64,000 nt of DNA from Octopus sinensis (taxonomy: Eukaryota), in the NCBI RefSeq assembly GCF_006345805.1, contig NC_042997.1:145080001-145144000 (forward strand), read 5' to 3'. Both the position numbers and the translations under genes were made by a program. The notes below the pieces were generated by a model. It searched no databases, was not told the DNA's origin, and saw nothing but the letters and a program-made list of their open reading frames with translations. Shown piece by piece: positions 56,343 to 64,000 of the stretch (position 1 is its first letter; each line of letters starts with the position of its first letter).

Positions 56343-56572
56343 CAACAACAACAACAACAAACAATAATAATAATAATAATCATAATAATAATAACATCGA
56401 AAAAATACCTTAGGAATGAGAACCCAGTTTCGAAATTTCCCCCAACACACCTGATGAAGGCTGGAGGGTATATCAGCCGAAACGTTGTGTTAACAACAAA
56501 CAAGATGAGGACAAATATCCGTCAAATGTAAATAATGTAAATAATGTACATAATTCCTCATCTCTTAAATAG
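56210..56572 (+). mobile_element. tRNA-like-head element containing a hammerhead ribozyme
   Basis: Head gggtatattgcgtagtggttaagagcgcgggctactaaccccaagattccgagttcaattcc (A/B boxes, anticodon-like arm ggg-ctactaa-ccc), (AAT)n linker, HHR, tail (gtaaataat)n; inverted head fragment at 56210-56233. Confidence 0.75.
56447..56490 (+). ncRNA. Minimal type-I hammerhead ribozyme, intact core
   Basis: acac CTGATGA a ggctg gagggtatat cagcc GAAAC GTT gtgt; loopless self-complementary AACGTT stem III. Confidence 0.85.
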
Positions 56573-56610
56573 AACTGAAAAAAGGTTTCGTTACACACGT
56601 TAAAATACGG

Positions 56611-56666
<56 letters not shown>

Positions 56667-57447
56667 TGAGTGGGTGGGAGAGAGAGAGGGAGAGGAGAGA
56701 GAAGGTTTGTGTTTGTATTGGTTTGTTTACGTCCTTGTGACTTAGCGGTTCGGAAAAAGTTAACCAATAGAATAAGAACATGACCGACAAGTAAAAGAAA
56801 AACAGAAAAGGAAACATAATTACTGGTGATGATTTGTTCAATTAAAGTCCTTTATGGCGGTGCCCCAGCTCGGCCACAGCCCAAAATAGATAAATTAAAA
56901 ATAGTTTTTTAAAAATGAGCAAAAGAAGTAAAAAAAAAAGAGAATTGTCACAGGAATTGCTTCCTTTAGAAGCTAATATCCTTCGTGGACAACGTTCACC
57001 AACATGCATACAAGTAATACGGCATTACTTTGTGAATATGCATGTGTTTATTTATTGCCCTTCGTCCTCCTCCACCTCTAATAATTGACGTCACAGAATT
57101 CGTGCGATTCTCTAGAATGACAGAACGAACGTTTACTGTTGTTGGTGGCGAGGTGGAATGGGAAATGCAGAGATAATCGCCTACGTTTAATACTGAAATG
57201 ATGAACATTCAAATGACAGACATATGGAAAGTCTGTCATTTCAATGGATTTTAACCAAACGCATACATACATTCATACATGTATGTGTATGTATATATAT
57301 CTATATCTATACCTATCTATCTATCTATATAATAATAAAGGGTAAAATTAATTAATAATTAATTAATTTATAATTTATAATTAATAATCTTACCAAGTAG
57401 TTCGGTATGTTAAAAGAACCATTATCGGTAAACTTATACAAAAATTA

Positions 57448-57684
57448 TTATAATTATAAACATAATTATAATTAGGGCTTAGCAAAATTGCTTCATCACA
57501 TACCGAAATTTAGAAATAGCAGTTAAATACTATTCTACTACCATACGATATCTCCCAGTTGAGAGTATTGCTGTCTGGAGATATCTTATGGTAGTAGAAT
57601 AGTATTTAACTGCTATTTCTAAATTTCGGTATGTGATGAAGCAATTTTGCTAAGCCCTAATTATAATTATGTTTATAATTATAA
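57448..57684. repeat. Near-perfect palindrome, 108-bp arms, 21-nt spacer, one mismatch
   Basis: 57448-57555 is the reverse complement of 57577-57684 except cata(c/a)gata. Confidence 0.95.
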
Positions 57685-57701
57685 GAATAGATAGATAGAT
57701 A

Positions 57702-57750
<49 letters not shown>

Positions 57751-57791
57751 GCTATCTATCTATCTATATATAATATAATATATATCTATAT

Positions 57792-57850
<59 letters not shown>

Positions 57851-57976
57851 AGTTATAAGAGAGTTTAACGATAAGTGGCTAACTCTGGTGCTAGAAATAG
57901 CTCCTTATTCTGGTATAGCCACCGAAGATATGGCAAATGAAAGATGGAAGATGGAATATACGAGAATTTATTATTA

Positions 57977-58082
57977 ATCACGACAATTGTTTCGACGCAT
58001 CTACCATCGATTCCCCTTGGGTGGGACATTCAACAACTGGTTCAGGAGCATCCGTTGGTGCAGATGTATTTCGTCAGGTGAT
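57977..58082 (-). ncRNA. Type-I hammerhead ribozyme with long stem II, core intact
   Basis: Minus: atcac CTGACGA aatacatctgc...gtagatgcgtc GAAAC aatt GTC gtgat; GUC site, palindromic CAATTG; mismatches at the base of stem II. Confidence 0.8.
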
Positions 58083-58250
58083 AAATAAATACAACTCGTT
58101 AAAATGACTGTCCTGCAATGTAATCTTCCGTTTTGTAGAGAGAAAAGCAGCCAGACGGAGGAAATACCGTCATTTATATAAAAGATCAAAAATAAAATCA
58201 AAGATGGCAAAAAGAGAAACGAACACGCAATCCAGCGAGAAAAGTATTAA

Positions 58251-58313
<63 letters not shown>

Positions 58314-58526
58314 AAGAAAGACAGAGAGAGACAGACAGACAGATATACGTGAGTATGTGTATGAGCGTGTATGCATACATATATGTATTCACACCCACGC
58401 ACACCCACACATATTTAATATACACAACTTACAAAAGCTACAAAGTTTCGAGCTTCAAGATACATCGAATTGGCAGATTTTTTCTAACATGCAATGTATC
58501 TCTAAGCAGTCTTTTAGGCTCAGTTC

Positions 58527-58568
<42 letters not shown>

Positions 58569-58739
58569 GTGTGTGTGTGCGTGTGTGTGCGTGTGTGTGT
58601 GCGTGTGTGTGGTGTGTGTGTGTGTGTGTTGTGTGTGCTTGTGTGTGTGTGTGTGTGCGTGCGTGTGCGTGCGTATGCGTGCGTGTGTGCGTGATCTGTG
58701 ACGATTCACATGTCACCGTCCAACTTCCTTTTCCGCCTC

Positions 58740-58773
<34 letters not shown>

Positions 58774-58786
58774 TGTGTGTGCGTGC

Positions 58787-58858
<72 letters not shown>

Positions 58859-59424
58859 TCAGTGACGATTCACATGTCACCGTCCATCTTCCTTTTCCGC
58901 CTGATCGTCGACTCGTTCAGTCACGCATCTTTTGTCTCCTTTTTTACATTCAACACAGTTTTTTTGTTTTGTTTTGTTTTGTTTTGCTTTGTTTTTCACC
59001 GTTCGTTTATTTTCACTTTTCATCCAATCCTTCCATCTATCCACTTTCTAGTCCTTTAGGAAAATTTCCATTGCGTTATTATACATTTTTCTTGTTTCAA
59101 ACTGCAAGGCCTTTATTTTCTTTGTATAGAGTGTATTTACTTTGTTTACGTATTCACATTTATGTATCGCAATTGTTTTGTCACCAAAATTAACAATATT
59201 ATCATTGAAGGCGTGAAGTTGCAATGATTATTTTTTGGACGATGACTGACGAGGAAAGAGCACATCCATTTCTTGCTTTCGTTCCTTTGTCGAGCTTCTG
59301 CTTAATTGTTGAAACTTACATACATACATACATACATACATAATACATACATACATACATACATACATACAAACATCATGTATATATATATATTAATATA
59401 TATATATATAATATTGATATATAG

Positions 59425-59515
<91 letters not shown>

Positions 59516-59713
59516 TATATATATTATATATATATATCTTTATAAACAAAGTTAAATGCGATACAATAAAATTAATATAATCGCCGGTGTACCAGTACAC
59601 GCCATATATTATTCATATATAAATTACATTCAAGGCGAAGTGTGCACTAGATACACAAAAGCGGAATAAATTTAGTGAGATGAAAATTTAAAACTTTTAA
59701 CAAACTTAGCTTT

Positions 59714-59784
59714 TCTTATACTGCAGTTTCGCCAAATCAGTAAAAAAATAATATTTATTTACTCAGGCTGGCTCTTCAGTAAGA
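59714..59784 (-). ncRNA. Type-I hammerhead ribozyme, fully canonical
   Basis: Minus: tctta CTGAAGA gcca...agtaaa..tttact..tggc GAAAC tgca GTA taaga; 5-bp stem I, G10.1-C11.1 pair, palindromic CTGCAG. Confidence 0.9.
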
Positions 59785-59861
59785 TTCCTGTTAATTATGG
59801 GAAGACCCCATATCAATAGACCCATATTATATATATATATAATATATATATCTTATATATA

Positions 59862-59895
<34 letters not shown>

Positions 59896-60455
59896 TATCA
59901 TACATATATATATATATATATTATATATATATATATATATTATATATATATATATATAATATATATATGTATGTATATATTATATATATATATATAATAT
60001 GGTCCGTGCAACATCGATATTCTTCCCTATGTCTGTGAAATAATTGTATCTCTGCCGTGAGGCTTCATTTCCCCCACGCGCCGGCTTAATTATTCAATTC
60101 GTCCCCAGTGGAAAGACACCTGTTGTTATGTCCTGTTATTATTTTTATCGTATTTATATTGTATTTATATTTGTGTAACATTGTCTGTTTTTCCGTCCTT
60201 GTTTTTGTATACATTCGATGCTTTCTTCCAAGGAATCTAATGCTCTTAGCTTAGTTTTTCCTTGGGGTTGGCCAGATTAGAGCAATCTCAAGATTAATCA
60301 GCCGAAATTGCGATGATGATCTGGTTCTTGACTGAGGATAGAAAGCTTCGAATGACCCGTCCTTGTTTATTTTTGTATCGTCTATCTGGATGTTTTGTTG
60401 TCCCTTTTTGTATCACCTAGTTGTCCGGATGTTTTGCGTTCTTGTCCAATTTTGC

Positions 60456-60515
<60 letters not shown>

Positions 60516-61289
60516 GCGTTTACTTGTTTCAGGCATTGGGCTGTAGCCATAGTAGGGCACTGCCTTAAAAGGTAGAGTCGAATTAACTGCGTATATCATA
60601 CATACACACACACCTACATATGAATTATATACATACGTACATAATTATGTGTTATATTGTATTTGAATATAAATATACATATACGCACGTACATGCATGC
60701 AAAAATGTGTGCGCGTATGTGTATGTTCACATAAATACAAACACGCACACGTAAATACAAACTACGCACGCGCGTCTTTGTTGAGCAAAAGAGAAGTTGA
60801 CTAATTGTTTAAAGTAAATGTTTTCAGATCATATTTTCACGTCCCCTGAGGCTGATGACGATTCAGACACATCAACATGAATACGTAACAAGATAACATG
60901 TAGTCAACACTAAATGACAGCTTGAATAATTGTAGAGGATTTCTATTATTGTTGACGTTGTCGTTGTCGTCAGCATTATTGTTTTATGCTTTTCGTTACG
61001 TGATTTGTGCATTTTAGATCTGAATTAATTACAGACCAAAGATAGATTGTTTTTGTTGTTGTACATGCTATTCTTCTTCTTCTTTTTCTTCTTCTTCTTT
61101 TTCTTCTTCTTTTTCTTCTTCTTCTTCTTCTTCTTCTTCTTCTTCTTCTTCTTCTTCTTCTTGATGGTTATTGTTTCTAACAATTGAAGAAACTGCGTAG
61201 ATGTGTCTTTGTCAGTTTGTTGTTGTTTAGCCTCAGGAAAATTCTGTCGGAGTCCTGTTAGGTTTTAAATGATAGCAGTTTCTTCGTGT

Positions 61290-61620
61290 CCAAAGGTTAT
61301 GAGGTAGGGCGGCGTGCCCTCAAGCGTCTATGTCAACTACTCCTTGATGCTACAGTGCTTTCCTTCCTGCTTGCGTTTAATAATGTTAAAGTGAGAGTCA
61401 GTTCGCGCTATCCGAACCCCTTCTTTAAGACCTGGCTCAGCGGGCTGAGATATCTGCAATGACCAGCAAGATGTAGGTTTTATATTGGGGTGGCCTTTTC
61501 CTAGGTGAACTGCTTTGCAGAGTCAGACAGCTCCACCTGCCCCAGAGTTGCCGCTAGGGAGTCAAAGGTGGCACCGAACCAAGTTAAGCAAACTGGGACT
61601 TCTCTCCTTAGTTTGCTGTC
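61290..61620 (-). mobile_element. Possible 5' region of an RTE-type LINE
   Basis: Minus gggcaggtggagctgtctg...agcagttcacctaggaaaagg resembles, from memory, a motif in RTE 5' UTRs. Confidence 0.35.
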
Positions 61621-62220
61621 AGTGTTGATTTATTTAGTCCAGTGGTTCTTAGCAATAAGACCTTTGGGGGCCCATACAAGAATTTGTTGTTAAACTACAT
61701 GAGCAATAAATTGGTTATAATTCTGCAACACAAAATATTTTAAAGATTTTTTATACAGTTCCTAACAATATTTAATTATAAACAACGTTTAATTTTATGA
61801 AAGCGGCGAGCTGACAGAATCGTTACCACAGTGGGAAAATGCTTAGCGACATTTCGTCTGTCTTTGTGTTCTGAGTTCAAATTCCACTAAGGTTGACTTT
61901 GCCGTTCACCCTTTCGCAGTCGACAAAACAAGGACCAGTTGAGTACTGGGGTCAATGTAATCGACTTTGCCCACTTCCCCAAAATTGCTGGTCTCACCGA
62001 AAAGTGCTAAAATTTGAAACCGATATTTAATTAATATGAGTTTTTGAAACATTGAATGGCTATGAGATGGTCCAGCTGAGGAATCAATGCAGCCTGTAGG
62101 TTTTCAATAGGAACAATACAAGTTAGCTACGCACATTACCAAATTATTCACAAAACTACTCATTCCATAAATACCAATATCATAGGTAAAAAAAATTACA
62201 TGTATACCAAATATACCAGA

Positions 62221-62620
62221 TAGGCGCAGGAGTGGTTATGTGGTAAGTAGCTTGCTAACCAACCACATGGTTCCGGGTTCAGTCCCACTGCGTGGCATCT
62301 TGGACAAGTGTCTTCTGCTATAGCCCCGAGCCGACCAATGCTTTGTGAGTGGATTTGGTAGACGGAAACTGAAAGAAGCCTGTCGTATATATGTATATAT
62401 ATATAAGTGTGTGTGTCTGTGTTTGTCCCCCTAGCATTGCTTGACAACCGATGCTGGTGTGTTTACGTCCCCGTTCCTTAGCGGTTCGGCAAAAGAGACC
62501 GATAAAATAAGTACTGGGCTTACAAAGAATAAGTCCCGGGGTCGATTTGCTCGACTAAAGCCGGTGCTCCAGCATGGCCACAGTCAAATGACTGAAACAA
62601 GTAAAAGAGTAAAAGAGAGA
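62221..62620 (+). mobile_element. SINE family A, full length
   Basis: aggcgcaggagtggttatgtggtaag...gactgaaacaagtaaaagagtaaaagag. Confidence 0.95.
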
Positions 62621-62789
62621 GAGAGAGATACCAATAATTTCATATACATTCATCGCATATATATCAATATCAATGGGTAAAACATGGCTGAGAAATGCTG
62701 GCCTAGCCTTTTCGTTTCCTAAAGGCACTCATAAGGCAGTGAAGGTTAGGTAAAACCATTTATTGCAGAAAGTGATATTACCGGACTTA

Positions 62790-63006
62790 TATCCTTTTCT
62801 ACTCTAGGCACAAGTCCCGAAATTTTGGGGGAGGAGGCCAGTCAATTGGATCGACTCCAGTATGCAACTAGTATTTAATTTATCGACCCCGAAAGGATAA
62901 AAGGCAAAGTCGACCATGACGGAATTTGAACTCAGAACGTAAAGACAGACGAAATACCGTTAAGCATTTTGCCTGGCGTGCTAACGTTTCTGCCAGCACG
63001 CCGCCT
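62790..63006 (-). mobile_element. SINE family B (another copy at 61803-62020, plus)
   Basis: tatcgaccccgaaagg..aaggcaaagtcgacc...tctgccagc.cgccgcc. Confidence 0.85.
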
Positions 63007-63224
63007 TATTACGGAATCAAATATTCTTTTCTATTCTAGGCACATTCTCGCCGCCTTAACATTACCGCATTTATACGGACAAAGAAATAACAGGTTTGTA
63101 ATGGCTGCATGTTGAAGGATGAATGTAGGACAGAACACTATGTGATATACTCTTTCACTTCAGTTAATCCTAAAGCTTGATACAACCTCACTAAAGTACA
63201 TTGGGTGTATCCTTTATCCCATAT

Positions 63225-64000
63225 CTTTTACTTGTTTCAGTCATCGGCCTGCGGCCATGCTGATGCACCACTTTGGAGGGATTAGTTGAACAAATCCATT
63301 CCATAACTTGTTTCCTTTCTTTCTTATTCTATCGAACTCTTTTGTCGAACTGATATGTCTCAGAGACGTAAACAAACCAACACTGGTTGTCAAGCGGTAG
63401 AAGGCACAAACGAAAGACATAAACGCACGCGCGGGCGCACATCCACACACACGCACACACAGATATATATATGATGTGTTCCCACACAGCTTCCTTCTAG
63501 GAGATTCACTTACAAGACATGAGTCGGCCACGAGGCCACAGTAGAAGACACTTCCCCAAGTTGACGCCCAGTGGGACTGAACCTGAAACCTTGTGGTTGC
63601 AAAGTGAGTTCCTTAACCACACATCCATGAGTCCCTCATTTAATCTATTTAAAGTCGTCTGTTTTATTTTTCTATTATTTATTTACTCTTTACTCTTTAC
63701 TCTTTTACTTGTTTCAGTCATTTGACTGCGGCCATGCTGGAGCACCGCCTTTAGTCTAGCAAATCGACCTCGGGACTTATTCTTTGTAAGCCCAGTACTT
63801 ATTCTATCGGTCTCTTTTTTGCCGAACCGCTAAGTGACGGGGACGTAAACACACCAGCATCGGTTGTCAAGCAATGCTAGGGGGACAAACACAGTAGACA
63901 CACAAACACACACATACATATACATATGTATATATACATATATACGACAGGCTTCTTTCAGTTTCCGTCTACCAAATCCACTCACAAGGCATTGGTCGGT
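63225..64000 (-). mobile_element. Two family A SINEs (63225-63625 diverged; 63685-64000 young, cut by the window end)
   Basis: Family A tail and body in reverse orientation. Confidence 0.9.

Noticed and set aside
58690-58902. Duplicated 47-bp motif as a regulatory repeat
   Set aside because: Simple local duplication within a (TG)n field.
59240-59285. Hammerhead at CTGACGA
   Set aside because: No valid stem II/GAAA/NUH arrangement.
60255-60320. Hammerhead relic (...tcagccGAAAttgc)
   Set aside because: CUGANGA is absent; may be an ancestral relic but cannot be supported.
61500-61600. Twister or HDV-like ribozyme at the putative RTE 5' end
   Set aside because: Only ccacct/aggtgg pairing seen; the required pseudoknots could not be built.

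Overview
AT-rich, microsatellite-dense animal genomic DNA, most likely intergenic or intronic sequence of a coleoid cephalopod (Octopus-like). The taxon is inferred from the repeat landscape, not from a search. I find no supportable host protein-coding exon: almost all listed ORFs are translations of (TA)n/(CA)n/(TACA)n/(TAA)n tracts or of SINEs. The window is a mosaic of four tRNA-derived SINE head families with swapped tails, R4/Dong-type (RLE), RTE and CR1/L2-type LINE fragments, a full-length decayed mariner, a hAT fossil, MITEs/foldbacks, a probable solo LTR, a 2.5-kb minisatellite with higher-order structure and two adjacent ~0.8-kb tandem triplications. The main hidden signal is a dispersed set of about 8-11 type-I hammerhead ribozyme (HHR) motifs in several unrelated short elements, mostly beside (TA)n tracts. 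Their stem III is palindromic, like the minimal, dimerising HHRs of Penelope-like elements (PLEs) and retrozymes. Three have intact core nucleotides (56447-56490, 59714-59784, 57977-58082). One lies directly behind a GIY-YIG remnant and one sits in an element with a tRNA-like Pol III head. A SINE-LINE chimera under one target-site duplication (TSD) and a SINE/LINE shared 3' tail are also visible. All coordinates were counted by eye and may be off by a few bases.
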